In this document: one piece after another, positions 40,000 to 57,460 of the stretch | Layout: the number at the start of each line of letters is the position of its first letter | Numbering within the stretch: position 1 is the first letter of the stretch | Origin: the human T2T-CHM13v2.0 reference genome, Homo sapiens | Assembly: GCF_009914755.1 (NCBI RefSeq) | Contig: NC_060938.1 | Direction: 5' to 3' (one strand) | Length of the DNA stretch: 64,000 nt | Notes under the pieces: model-generated | What the model saw: the letters and a program-made list of their open reading frames with translations, nothing else | Told to the model about the DNA's origin: nothing | The model's database searches: none | Program-made: the position numbers and the translations under genes

Positions 40000-40500
40000 T
40001 TTACTCTTTTAGATAGTATTGTAAATGAATTATTAAAATTTCCTTTTCTGATTGTTCATTATTAGTATATAGAAACAAATGGCTTTTGCATGGTGATTTT
40101 TATTCTGAAACTTTTCTGAATTTATTTTAGCTCTAACCATTGTGTGTGTGTTTGTTTGTGTGGTGTGTGTGAGAAAGAGAGAGAGGAGAGAGGGAGAGAG
40201 AGAGAGACAGAGAGAGAGAGGGAGACAGAGAGAGGAGAGAGAAAGATTTTAGGGTTTTCTACATATAAAATCATGTCTGTGAAAAGAGATAATTGTACTT
40301 CTTGCTTTCCAACTTTGATGTCTATTTTTTGGGCATAATTGCTATGGCTAAAACTTTTTGTAATGTGCTTAATAGAGGCGGTGAAACTGGGCAACTTGTT
40401 TTATTTCTGGTCTTAGAGGAAAAGCTTTCAGTTTCTCCACTGAGTGTGATATTAACTGTAGGTTTTATTTTTTGTCTTCTTTTGGCATTTACATGATAAA
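40000..40500 (-). mobile_element. Old L1M RT fragment
   Basis: ORF 40122..40394(-) includes QEVQLSLFTDMILYVENPK. Confidence 0.8.
40142..40243. repeat. Compound (TG)n/(GA)n microsatellite
   Basis: Direct reading. Confidence 0.95.
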
Positions 40501-41509
40501 TATTCCACCCTTTTATTTATATTTACACTGCCTTATTTCAACAGGTGTGTCTTGTAAATAGCATAACTATTTTATTTTTATTCTTATTTGACATTCTTTG
40601 CTACTGTGAGTAGTCTTTCATTTTTACATATTTAATATTATTAGTGATATATTTGAGTTTGAATTTTTCTAGATTGTTCATACTGGTTTATCCCTATCTT
40701 TTTTAAAAAAATAATTAAATATTATGTGATACACCATGTTTTTCTCTATTTTTTTTTTAATTATAAAAGCATCCAATTTTTTACATCCAATAAGAGAGGG
40801 TTCATTCAATATTTGTTAAATAGATAATGTAGGGCTAGCCAATTTAATAAAATTAGGGCCAAGATTGGATTATGATACAGTTTCTGTTTCGGTAATATTT
40901 ATCTATATTTTATTTATGCTCTTTTTGAAACTTCAAATTATATCCTGATGATTTCACAATTAGCCGTAGAACTATGGACCCTGAAACCAAATATTTACCT
41001 CCTAAATTTTCTGCAACATTCCTGGATTATGCATGTAATCATAGCAGAATTAATTATTTTACCAATTTTACTATTAAAGGTGTTTATTATTCTACTTATA
41101 GCCACCCTAGTTATAGTTATCCTATTTATGCAGCCAATAAACCTAAACTGGGTTCTCTCAGTGGGAAAAGCCAGCATTTCAATGAACATTATATTTATGC
41201 ATGATATATGGGTATTTGCATTTAGTTGTGTTGAAGGTAAAATTCATAAGAAATATTTGGAATATGAAGTCAAATTAAATAAAATAATGTTATAAATTTG
41301 AAGATGAATAAAATTGAACTTGGGCATTTTATTTAGTTTTGGAAAATTCTGAATTTTCCCCAATATATATACATCCATAGCTACATATACCTGTCTCTAA
41401 AAATATAGATTACATGGCATTTCTGAAGGGCATATTGTTCCTCAGAAAGTAGTCTATATTTTAAGAGGCCCTAAATAAGTCAATTCTAATAACACATTTT
41501 TTTAAATAC

Positions 41510-41657
41510 TACTTTTATTCCATTTTACAACTGAAAAAGATAATCCTGGATATATGTAAGTAATAAAGCTAAGCTTTAAACTCAGTGAGTCTAGGGCCAG
41601 AATCTATGCTCTTATCCAATCACTGTGCTCTTATAGCACAGTAGTAACTGTGCTATA
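41510..41657 (-). mobile_element. MIR fragment
   Basis: ttattccattttacaactgaaaaa...tttaaactcagtgagtct...ccagaatctatgctctta. Confidence 0.65.
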
Positions 41658-42997
41658 CAGCTTTGTAACATATGTGCATATGTTTAATATATGAATTGAA
41701 GCTTTATGTATAGTTCTTGCAACTGAAAAGTATCTTCTTCACACTAGTAAAAACTTGCGGCCATGGTAACAAAGATATTTAATGGCCAGGGGCTTATAAT
41801 AACGTGTTTCTTTATTTTTTAAAATAGGAGATATTTGCAAATATACTAATACAGGATAATTACCCAAACATAAGTCATTTTATCTTGTGAGCTAATACTG
41901 CTCTCTATATTTCCCCAATCGACCACCAGAAGGAATCAAAGAGAAATTACAAGATAAGTCTAAGACAGAATGATCTATTGTGTTCAATCTTCCTGACTGT
42001 GAAGTGTGTGATAAATATAAGTGAGTTATCAGGCATCTCCACATGAGTAAAGATAAATGTCATTTTAGTTCCAAATAGGCAGCAATGAACACTCCACCTA
42101 TGAAAAAAACACTTGATTCCAAGTATCTCAAGAGATTACAGTCATATATATGTATAGATCTAACTAGATAAGCACTCCTTAGAGTGTGTTTCATAGGGAA
42201 GACTAAAGAAGCTAGCAATCTATATTGCCCCAACCAAGGTATTATGTTAAGAGACTTCTTTGCTCTACTTAAGTGCTTTTATACCTTAAGAAAAAAATAT
42301 AACTAGAGAATGAGATATGTCTTAACTATGCAAAATCTTATGTTACATTAAAAAAAACTAAGTTGAGAGTAAGCTTCAGACTCTTGTTACCACATATAAA
42401 CATCAAATATACAACAATAGTCTAAATAAAAAACTTTACAGGAACTCTCAAAACTATTCAAAGATTTACAGCAACCGTAAAAACACTCATTTAAGAAAAA
42501 GTCACATGGAAAATGGTAGGAAAATTTGTGGCATGTTTATACACCCTTGCCTCACTCCTTTCCTAGTGTGGCACAGAAGGGAGAAAGTTGCACAATTTCA
42601 GGTTACTTCCCTTGAGCCAAAAAAAAAAAAAAAAAAGTACAGTGAAAGTTATCTGCAGTGATTTGGCCCATCTGTAAGCTGCCTGAGGGACCAGTATTTG
42701 TCTTATCTGACTTAGAGATCAGAGCAGAATGGCAGCAATTAGATTCTTAGGTTGGAAGCTGTGGAGACAGTGGTGAGTATCATGGTACATGCAAACTACA
42801 GGGGGATATCAGACCCATGCATGCCTGAGGCAAGAGGTTATGGGTAGCAGAATAAAGCAAAATATCTAAGGCCCAGAGAGGAAGCTAGAGTGGGACTTTT
42901 CAGGAATTAAAGCACTTAAAGGCAACTTTGGGAAAAATAAAGAAGCACACACGTGGGCTCAGAAAGGAAGCATATCTAAAAATTATACCGGACGAAA

Positions 42998-43050
42998 TTT
43001 TTTTTTTTATTATACTTTAAGTTTTAGGGTGTATGTGCACAACGTGCAGG
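42998..43050 (-). mobile_element. Ultra-short L1PA3/4-like 3' end
   Basis: poly-T + attatactttaagttttagggtgtatgtgcacaacgtgcagg. Confidence 0.85.
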
Positions 43051-44244
43051 CAGTCCTTCGCTCCAGGCTGCTATCAAGGCTCAGAGAACTGCTAATTAGC
43101 AAAGGTCTTCACACCATACTGTCAAGGCTGGGGAACCTGGCTGTTTCTTAACATGCCTAATTCTCAAAAAATGAGCATAAGCCATACAAAGAAATGGAAA
43201 TCATGGCCCATTTAAAGGAAGAAAATAATCACATAACCAGTCTGAAAAAACACATGCAGTGGACATACGAGAAAAACTCTTTAAAATAATTGTCTTTAAT
43301 ATACTCAAAGAGATAAGGGAAACATGAGAAAAATAGTGAAGGAAGTCAGGAAATGATTCATGAACAAAAATGAGAATATTAACAAAAACAAGTTAATCAT
43401 ATACAAAAAACTAAATAGAAATTTGGAACCCAAAATATATGATAGTTGAATTGAAAAATTCACTGGAGGTGTGCAACATAAAATTTGAACAGATAAAAGA
43501 ATCAGTAAACTTGAAAAAATCATGTAAATTTATTGAGTCTGAGGAACAGAAAATAACAATGAAAAACTGTGAACAGAACCTAAAGGACTTATGGAAACCA
43601 GGAAGTTTCACTGTGAGAAGTGCATTATGGGATCATCAAGAGAAGAATAGAGAGAAGATAAATTATTTTTAAAGCTAATAGCTGAAAACTTCCAAAATTT
43701 GAGGAAAAAAGTATGACATACAAATCTCAGAAGTTAATTAATTCCAAGTGGGATAAACCAAAAAGACCCATACAGAAATCCATTATAATCAAACTTTTGA
43801 AAGACAAAGACAAAGAACGAATCTTCAAAGCAGAAAGAAAATGTAACTCATTAGATGCAAGAGATTTTCAGTAAACATACCAGTGAATTTCTCAGAAACC
43901 ACATAGACCAGAAGGGAGGTGACATTTTAAGTGATGAAAAAAAAAATAGCTATTAGTGGAGAATCATACATCTGGCAAAACTATCTTTCAAAATTAAGGA
44001 AAAATTAAGACACTCTTAGAGAAACAAAAATTTAGGGAGTTAATTATTAGTAGAATTGCTCTCCAAGAATGAGAAAGGAAGTTATTAAATTTAAAATGAG
44101 TGGACGCCAGGGAATAACTTGAAGCTGTATGCAATATTAAGTTTTTCAGTAAAGCTAAGTATGCAGACAAAAAAATAAGTATACTCACACTCACACACAC
44201 ACATACACACACATACACACAATTGTATTGTTTTGTTACTGTAG

Positions 44245-44568
<324 letters not shown>

Positions 44569-45559
44569 TAGTTATGTAAACACAAATGCATAAAAATAAG
44601 ATTAAATCTATGTTAATTGGATACAGTATATAAAGATGTAAATTGTGAAGTCTATGACAAAATGGAGGAGCAGAGGTGAAAAGGAGTCGAGGTTTTGTAT
44701 GTGACTAAAGTTAGGTTGCTATTAATTTAAAATTATTATAACTTTAGGACATTATAGGTACTGTCCATAATAACCATAAAGAAAATATAGACAGAATATA
44801 CAGAAAAGGAAATGAGAAGTGAATCAAAACACAAAACATACTCCTGCAAAAATATAAACACAAAGGGAGACAGTAATGAGGGTAAAGAGAGAATAAAAAT
44901 TTATGACATACAAAAAAAGGAACAAAAAAACTGACAAAACTAAGTGCTTCCCTTTCAGTAATTACTTTAAATGTAAATGTATTAGACTTATAATTCAAAA
45001 GATATGAATTGAAAGAATGAATTAAAATAAAACCGTGATCCAACCATATGCTGTCTACTTTAGATATAAGGACAGACATAGGTTAAAAATGAAAGGATGG
45101 AAAACTGTTCTGTATAAACAGTAATTAAAAGACAGCAGGGCTTCTCTATTAATATCAGACAAAATAGACCAAGTCAAAAACTACTATGAGAGGCTGAAAA
45201 GGGAAAATACAATGAGAAAGCTCAATTCATGAAGAATTCATAACAATTATAAAGATATAGATACCCAACATCAGAACTCCAAAATGCATAAAGCAAACAT
45301 TGACAGAATCGAAGAGAGAAAAACAAAACAAAACGCTTATACAATAATAGTAGAAGACATCAGTACCCACAACACTATAGACTATTTTGACCTAACAGAC
45401 ATATACAAACCACTCCATATAACAATAGCAGTACACACATTTTTCTCTCGTGCACAAGAAACATACCCCAGGGTAGAACATATGTTAGGCCACAAAGCAA
45501 GTAGTAGAAAAAAGGAAAAGAAAGAATTTAAGTTAGGTAAACTGATTAGAAGTCTCTAA

Positions 45560-46950
45560 CTTCTGGTGGGGCAATAGAAGGAGGTCATATAATTTCTCTT
45601 TGCAGAAAACAAGAAAATCTGGGAGGCAATTTTCTAGAAAATCATTAAGAGCACTGAAAATTGATAAATGAAGTTTAAAAATGTGAGAATTTACTTAAAA
45701 AAAATTCTTACAGTGTTGTATAAGAAATGTGTTGAGTTTTTGGCCATCATACCCATTCCCCTATTTCCTCCTATTCCTACTGTCTCAGGCTCAGTAGATT
45801 CTTGCCTCAAGGATGTGGTGGTGAGGGTGTGGGATCTGTAGTTGCTAAAGGTGAATGATTCAATTCAGAATGGGAGATGGAAAACAGATAGAGAAAAACA
45901 GCAGTTTATTAGTCTTTTTAGAGTTATTAGCAGACTGGCCATAAATCTAAAGGGAAGAAAATAGAAGTGAGAAATACATACGGATGAGAATGTCTTCAGA
46001 AATCCCCAAAGCCCTGGTTAACTGATAGCTGTATATGTTCAGGAGACCCAAGAGAGCAAAACAAAATTTGAAACTCAAGAGACACTTAAGAACTGGTTAC
46101 AAGTTTGAATGCCTTCAACAACATATAGCTCAGCCATCAGAGCTTGGACTATTTGAGCACAACCTCTGTCAAAACCTTGGCAGACCAATAAACTATGCAA
46201 CCACAAGACTGGCCTTTAGCCGTGCTAAAAACCGTAAACGGAAATTATAAAATCTGATGAGAGATAGCCACCTGGTGGAAACAATGCAGGGAAACAAATA
46301 ACACTGTGATAAATCCAGCTAAGTTAGGAAAGCACATAAACAAAAGAACTTCTCAAAAATAAAATATACCACATCCTAGAGCTGTCACATTATACTATGT
46401 AAAAATCTGATTTCAAACCAAAAATAAGTGACATATAAAGAGGAAGAAAATTGTGACCCACACTCACGATAAAAAAGCATTCGATAACAACTTGTCAGCT
46501 TAGTGGGCCTAGATTTTGGATTTAGTAAGAAAAGACTTCCAAGCAACTATTATAAATATAATCAGATAATTGAAGTAAACATATGTAAAAAATATAAAGA
46601 TACCATGCCAATAATGAGTCAACAAATAAAGACTCTCTACAGAAAATAGAAATTAAGAAATAGGGCCAAAAGAAAGGTTGAGCATTGAAATGAAAATTAC
46701 CTGAAATTAAAAATTTACTATGTATACCCAACAGCAATTTTCTGATGGCAAGTGAAAGGACCAATAAACTCAATATAGATCAATGGAAATAATCATATTG
46801 GTAGACCAGAAAGAAAAATTATTTTTAAAAATGAGGAAATTCTTTGAGACCTCTGAGAGACTATGAAGCATTACAACATATATATGAAAGCATTAGCAGA
46901 AAATGATTAGAAAGATAAGAGAAAATGTATGTGAAGGAAAAGGAAGAAAA
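45560..46950 (+). mobile_element. Second old L1M 5'UTR/ORF1 remnant
   Basis: ggatttagtaagaaaagacttccaagcaactattataaata...ctttgagacctctgagagactatgaagc resembles the ORF1 region. Confidence 0.65.
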
Positions 46951-47203
46951 GGAAAACAAACACACCACAAAGGAATTCACATAGAAAAGAACTGAGGTTA
47001 ATGGACTCAAACAGCAATGACCTCACTCACCACTATTTTGCCAGCAATATAAAAGAGCCCAGGGAAGGAGCCAAGAAGGCCGAATAGGAACAGCTCTGGT
47101 CTACAGCTCCCAGCGTGAGCAACGCAGAAGACGGGTGATTTCTGCATTTCCATCTGAGGTACCAGGTTCATCTCACTAGGGAGTGCCAGACAGTGGGCGC
47201 AGG

Positions 47204-47512
47204 TCAGTGGGTGCGTGCATCGTGCGCGAGCCGAAGCAGGGCGAGGTATTGCCTCACTCCGGAAGCACAAGGGGTCAGGGAGTTCCCTTTCCGAGTCAAA
47301 GAAAGGGGTGATGGACAGCACCTGGAAAATCGGGTCACTCCCACCGGAATACTGCGCTTTTCTGACGGGCTTAAAAGACGGCGGACCACGAGATTATATC
47401 CCGCACCTGGCTCGGAGGGTCCTACGCCCACGGAGTCTCGCTGATTGCTAGCACAGCAGTCTGAGATCAAACTGCAAGGCAGCAGCGAGGCTGGGGGAGG
47501 GGCGCCCGCCAT
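47204..47512 (-). CDS. L1 antisense ORF0 (open, 102 aa form)
   Basis: MAGAPPPASLLPCSLISDCCASNQRDSVGVGPSEPG... with Kozak gcaATGg at 47512; expression not shown. Confidence 0.7.
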   Translation of the reverse strand: MAGAPPPASLLPCSLISDCCASNQRDSVGVGPSEPGAGYNLVVRRLLSPSEKRSIPVGVTRFSRCCPSPLSLTRKGNSLTPCASGVRQYLALLRLAHDARTH

Positions 47513-47968
47513 TGCCCAGGCTTGATTAGGTAAACAAAGCAGCTGGGAAGTTCCAACAGGGTGGAGCCCACCACAGCTCAAGGAGGCCTGCCTGCCTCTG
47601 CAGGCTCCACCTCTGGGGGCAGGGCACAGACAAACAAAAAGACAGCAGTAACCTCTGCAGACTTAAATGTCCCTGTCTGACAGCTTTGAAGAGAGCACTG
47701 GTTTTCCCAGCACGCAGCTGGAGATCTGAGAACGGGCAGACTGCCTCCTCAAGTGGGTCCCTGACCCCTGACCCCCGAGCAGCCTAACTGGGAGGCACCC
47801 CCAGCAGGGGCACACTGATACACCTCACACTGCAGGGTATTCCAACAGACCTGCAGCTGAGGGTCCTGTCTGTTAGAAGGAAAACTAACAAACAGAAAGG
47901 ACATCCACACCAAAAACCCATCTGTACATCACCATCATCAAAGATCAAAAGTAGATAAAACCACAAAG

Positions 47969-48988
47969 ATGGGGAAAAAACAGAACAGAAAAACTGGAAA
48001 CTCTAAAAATCAGAGCGCCTCTCCTCCTCCAAAGGAATGCAGTTTGCAGTTCCTCACCAGCAACGGAACAAAGCTGGATGGAGAATGACTTTGACGAGCT
48101 GAGAGAAGAAGGCTTCAGATGATCAAATTACTCTGAGCTACGGGAGGACATTCAAACCAAAGGCAAAGAAGTTGAAAACTTTGAAAAAAATTTAGAAGAA
48201 TGTATAACTAGAATAACCAACACAGAGAAGTGCTTAAAGGAGCTGATGGAGCTGAAAACCAAGGCTCGAGAACTACGTGAAGAATGCAGAAGCCTCAGGA
48301 GCCGATGCGATCAACTGGAAGAAAGGGTATCAGCAATGGAAGATGAAATGAATGAAATGAAGCGAGAAGGGAAGTTTAGAGAAAAAAGAACAGAAATGAG
48401 CAAAGCCTCCAAGAACTATGGGACTATGTGAAAAGACCAAATCTACGTCTGATTGGTGTACCTGAAAGTGATGGGGAGAATGGAACCAAGTTGGAAAACA
48501 CACTGCAGGATATTATCCAGGAGAACTTCCCCAATCTAGCAAGGCAAGCCAACGTTCAGATGCAGGAAATACAGAGAACGCCACAAAGATACTCCTCGAG
48601 AAGAGCAACTCCAAGACACATAATTGTCAGATTCACCAAAGTAGAAATGAAGGAAAAAATGTTAAGGGCAGCCAGAGAGAAAGGTCTGCTTACCCTCAAA
48701 GGGAAGCCCATCAGACTAACAGCGGATCTCTCGGCAGAAACCCTACAAGCCAGAAGAGAGTGGGGGCCAATATTCAACATTCTTAAAGGAAAGAATTTTC
48801 AACCCAGAATTTCATATCCAGCCAAACTAAGCTTCATAAGCGAAGGAGAAATAAAATACTTTACAGACAAGCAAATGCTGAGAGATTTTGTCACCACCAG
48901 GCCTGCCCTAAAAGAGCTCCTGAAGGAAGCACTAAATATGGAAAGGAACAACCGGTACCAGCCGCTGCAAAATCATGCCAACATGTAA
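47969..48988 (+). pseudogene. L1 ORF1p, disrupted
   Basis: ATG GGGAAAAAACAG at 47969; 7-bp duplication near 48040-48052, CGA>TGA near 48120, deletion near 48390; C-terminal 186 aa intact. Confidence 0.93.
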
Positions 48989-49051
48989 AGACCATCGAGA
49001 CTAGGAAGAAACTGCATCAACTAACGAGCAAAATAACCAGCTAACATCATA

Positions 49052-52879
<3,828 letters not shown>

Positions 52880-53130
52880 ACAATGCGATCACATGGACAC
52901 AGGAAGGGGAATATCACACTCTGGGGACTGTTGTGGGGTGGGGGGAGGGGGGAGGGATGGCATTGGGAGATACACCTAATGCTAGATGACGAGTTAGTGG
53001 GTGCAGCGCACCAGCATGTCACATGTGTACATACGTAACTAACCTGCACAATATGGACATGTACCCTAAAACTTAAAAGTATAATAATAATAATAATAAA
53101 ATAAATAAATAAATAAATAAAAGAGCCCAG

Positions 53131-53300
53131 CAAATTAGCGGTGGATATTCCAGCCCATTCCTGCCCCACTTGACTGCCTAGAGCAAAAGTCACCTATTTC
53201 CACTAAGCCCTGCCCAAATTGAAGATTTGTAAACACAATAATGATTGCTCTTTTCAACCAGGAAGTTTAAGGGTGGTTTGTTACACAGTTGGAACAACAT
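53131..53300 (+). mobile_element. MLT1G/H-like LTR remnant (left part at ~46985-47050), host of the L1PA2
   Basis: gtggatattccagccc...aagccctgcccaaattgaagatt...ggtggtttgttacacag. Confidence 0.7.
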
Positions 53301-54185
53301 GTATGAATATTTAACTTGTAAATCATTTAGTGAAAACTTTAATAATAAATAAGTGAACATCTGTTTATGTGTTTTGAGTATAGAAGTACCTAATAATCTG
53401 TAATTGTCAAGTAAACCTGTGATAAATATACACTCCAAAGCATAGACATGTATATCTGAAGAAATGTAATTTATTGATATATGTCTAGTATAATTACAGA
53501 TATGCCTTTTGTGAATATTAAAATATTTCAATTTAAACCTAAATAGTGGTATTACACTATGGGCTACAATAACATGACAATGATATTATAACAGCAGATG
53601 TTTATAATTTCATTTATAGTTAAAAATCCGGTTCTGTAAAACATGAAAATGTAGAATGCAAATATTTTAAATAAAGTATATAATGGAATAGTTAACTTGT
53701 TAATGTTTGCTTAGAAACTATATAGGAAAGCTAAGGAAAAAATGTTATTTCAAGAGCCTAGTACATGTCTGTTTGTAGAAGTATGAAGCTCTAGGCTCTA
53801 GGCTTTTTCTGGATTATCAGAAGACAAAGAAAGATGTAGCTCCGCTGCCCTTTACAACAATCTAATAAGAATTTGGGGCTTCTTAGTGAATAAAAAGTAT
53901 TCATCAAGAAGGGGAGCATGGACTTAAAAATGGTGAGTAGTGGGGAGTCATTAGGAGCAATGGTATCTGACAAAACAATTCCAGTATGTGCAAAAATTTA
54001 TTATTTATATTTTGTTTTCTTTGCTATTTGGCAATTTGATGTTATCATTTGTCAACTCAAGTCTCATTAGATATAGATGCATGAGGGCTCTGCTTGAGGG
54101 GTATTTTTGTTTTTGCTTTTTGGTGTGCAGCAGTAGGGTGAGAGAAAGTGATGTCAAAGAAATGAGAAGAAATTCCCTTGAGTCA

Positions 54186-54525
54186 TGTTATGAACTGAAT
54201 TTTCCCCCTCCTCATTTTATTAATATATTGATGCCCTAACCACCACGGTGTGTGTATTTAGAGTTAGGGCCTTCAAGGAGGTAACTATCCTTAAATGAGG
54301 TCAAAAGGGTGAGGCCAATCCAATGGGACTAGTGTCCTTATAAGAAAAGGAAGAGACACCAGGGGTTGAGCTCTCTCTATGCATGTGCACAGAGGGAAGG
54401 CCAGGGGAAGGCATGGAACCTTGATCTTGACTTGCAGCCTTTAGAACTGTGAGAAAATAAATGTCAGTTCTTTAAGCTACCTTGTCTGCGGCATTTTGTT
54501 ATGGCAGCCCTAACTGACCACTACA
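54186..54525 (+). mobile_element. MLT1A solo LTR
   Basis: tgttatgaactgaat...ggactagtgtccttataagaaaaggaagagacacc...ttgttatggcagccctaactga. Confidence 0.88.
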
Positions 54526-55782
54526 AGCCAGTAGGGTAGGGGGATGACAACAACCATCTAAAGTAACATATGAATGAGATCAAAAGCAGGAGACGATTCT
54601 GAGAACAAGTCCCTAGAAACTGAAACACACTTAAGAAGGACATTCGATTTCCTCAGAATGAAGAATGAAGGGTTTGATTCAGTTTTATTTAACGGACAAA
54701 ATTAACTGATCTGATACCTCGAATATATTTTAACCTTTTTTAAAATAAACGCTGGATTCTATTAAAAGACCATAAAAAGTAAGATTAACATTAGATTGCC
54801 TGACACAACATGTATATTTGGTTTTGTTTCTATTTTCTTTTGTACTGTCCTGAAAATCTACTTATAGTATCTCCCTTTTTTATAATTTTTATAACTTGAA
54901 GCGCAGGAATAATGCCCATATCACTTGTTTTATATATTAAGCAACTTCAATTATACCTTTTAATATGGAATCTTTGTTCATTCCATTTGGTTTGAAATTA
55001 ATGTAATCTGAAGTTCAGGGTAAAGCATGTGTAGAGTTAACTATTTGCAGTTTAACTAATTTTATTGTCTAAGGTATTAAAATTCCGTACCTTCTACCTG
55101 CAGCTGCATAACTGGACACTGAAATGTGATCATAGTTTTAAGTAGCAAATACCTAAAGAGGCTTATGGATGACCACAGGTAAATTAAGGTAATAAAGGTA
55201 TGCAGCAAATGCTTTTTGTTTGACCGAAGTATTTGTGAGCTTGAGGTCTTACTACTCTGCCTAGAAAAAAAAAATGTAAAATTTCAGTAAGTTTAAATGA
55301 GAAGTTAAGAAACCCCAAACATAAAACAAACAAGATATTTTCAACAAAATGTGTCAGTCAAATTACTTGACAGTGGAAGGAGAAGAAGACAGAAAATTGA
55401 TGAAAAGATTTTGCCAAAAGTATAATCAGAAACCTATAAATTATCCCATTTAATGAAATTGAACATGTAATATTTTTATCATTTTATAATATTTGGGAAA
55501 TAAAAATCCTGTTTCAATCATTACAATCACTCCTTATTCCTTCATAAAGTGTAAGCAAAATTAATATCTGTGACTTTTCTGTTTCTATTTATATATATAA
55601 TTAAAAAATTATTGTTTAAAATATACTGTATGTTAGACTAATATGCTTGTAATTTTAATTTAATATTTAAAGTAACTACTTTTCATATTATCAAAGCATA
55701 TACGAATATAGTTTCGATATATACAGTTTCATCAGATGAATATTTATTAAGCATTAATTTAAACATTCTCCTATGTTTTCTA

Positions 55783-55952
55783 AGGGGAGTTACGCTTATT
55801 TTTTTTTTTTGTCTTTTTTTTCTTTTCCTTTTTGTGGAGAACCGGGTCTCACTATATTGCCCAGGCAGGTCTCGAACTCCTGGGCTGAAGGTATCCTCTC
55901 GCCTCTGCCTCCCTGAGAGCTAGGATTACAGGCGTGAGCCACTGTGCCCGGC
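55783..55952 (-). pseudogene. BC200 (BCYRN1) RNA retrocopy
   Basis: Reverse complement reads GCCGGGCACAGTGGCTCACGCCTGTAATCCTAGCTCTCAGGGAGGC...GAGACCTGCCTGGGCAATATAG...TTCTCCACAAAAAGG-A-rich-AATAAGCGTAACTCCCCT (BC200 diagnostics); 20-bp TSD acattctcct(a/g)tgttttcta at 55763-55782 and 55955-55974. Confidence 0.93.
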
Positions 55953-56282
55953 ATACATTCTCCTGTGTTTTCTATTTTAAATAATAAAGTAGCCAAAACT
56001 ATTACTATGACATATTTACCTGCTTTTCCCTTAGACTATGGCATACAGACAAATGACTTTTTACCTGCTGATTTTTTTTTTCTACAGAGAGCTACCTATA
56101 TAATACTACTTTTTGTCCACCTTAATGCTTTAAGGATAAGTAAATATGTTGCTTAGAGGTTCTTTTTTGTTTGTTTTGGTTTGGTCTTTTACTAATTCTA
56201 GCCCAGGACATGGTTGTATAAACACGGTAGTAAGGAGTGACCTCAATTTAAGTTTTGTAAAGGAGATTATTTTGATGAAGGG

Positions 56283-56639
56283 TGATATGGTTTGGCTGTG
56301 TCCCACCCAACTCTCACCTTGAATTCCCACGTGTTGTGAGAGGGACCCAGTAGGAGGTAATTGAGTTATGGGGGCAAGTTTTTCTCATGCTGTTCTTGTG
56401 ATAGTAAAGAAGTCTCACAAGATCTGATGGCTGTAAAAAGGGGAGTTTCCCTAAACAAGCACTCTCTCTCTTTACCTGCTGCCATCCACGTAAGACGTGA
56501 CCTGTTCCTCCTTGCCTTTTGCCATGATTGTGAGGCCTCCCCAGCCACGTGGAACTGTAAGTCCATTAAACCTCTTTATTGTGTAAATTGCCCAGTCTTG
56601 GGTATGTATTTTTTGGCAGCATGAAAATGGACTAATAAA
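56283..56639 (+). mobile_element. THE1A/B solo LTR
   Basis: tgatatggtttggctgtgtccc...ccatgattgtgaggcctccccagccacgtggaactgtaagtccattaaacc...ggactaata. Confidence 0.95.
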
Positions 56640-56789
56640 AAAGGCTGTGTTTGCAACAAGGAACGTGAATAAAGAAATAATTTTATTCCTGTAACACCAA
56701 GGTAATTTCATATTCTAGGAAGGTAATTTTCAGCATTAAAAAAAATCAGCAATTAGTTTTGAAAAAAATAGTATAGTAAGAATATACAG

Positions 56790-57460
<671 letters not shown>

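Noticed and set aside
40948-41295. 115-aa hydrophobic ORF and similar short ORFs across the window
   Set aside because: Expected by chance in very AT-rich DNA; no splice structure or recognisable homology.
55783-55952. Generic FLAM/Alu monomer, or the functional BCYRN1 gene
   Set aside because: BC200-specific bases and 3' unique sequence rule out a plain FLAM; TSDs and the missing C-rich end/terminator rule out the source gene.
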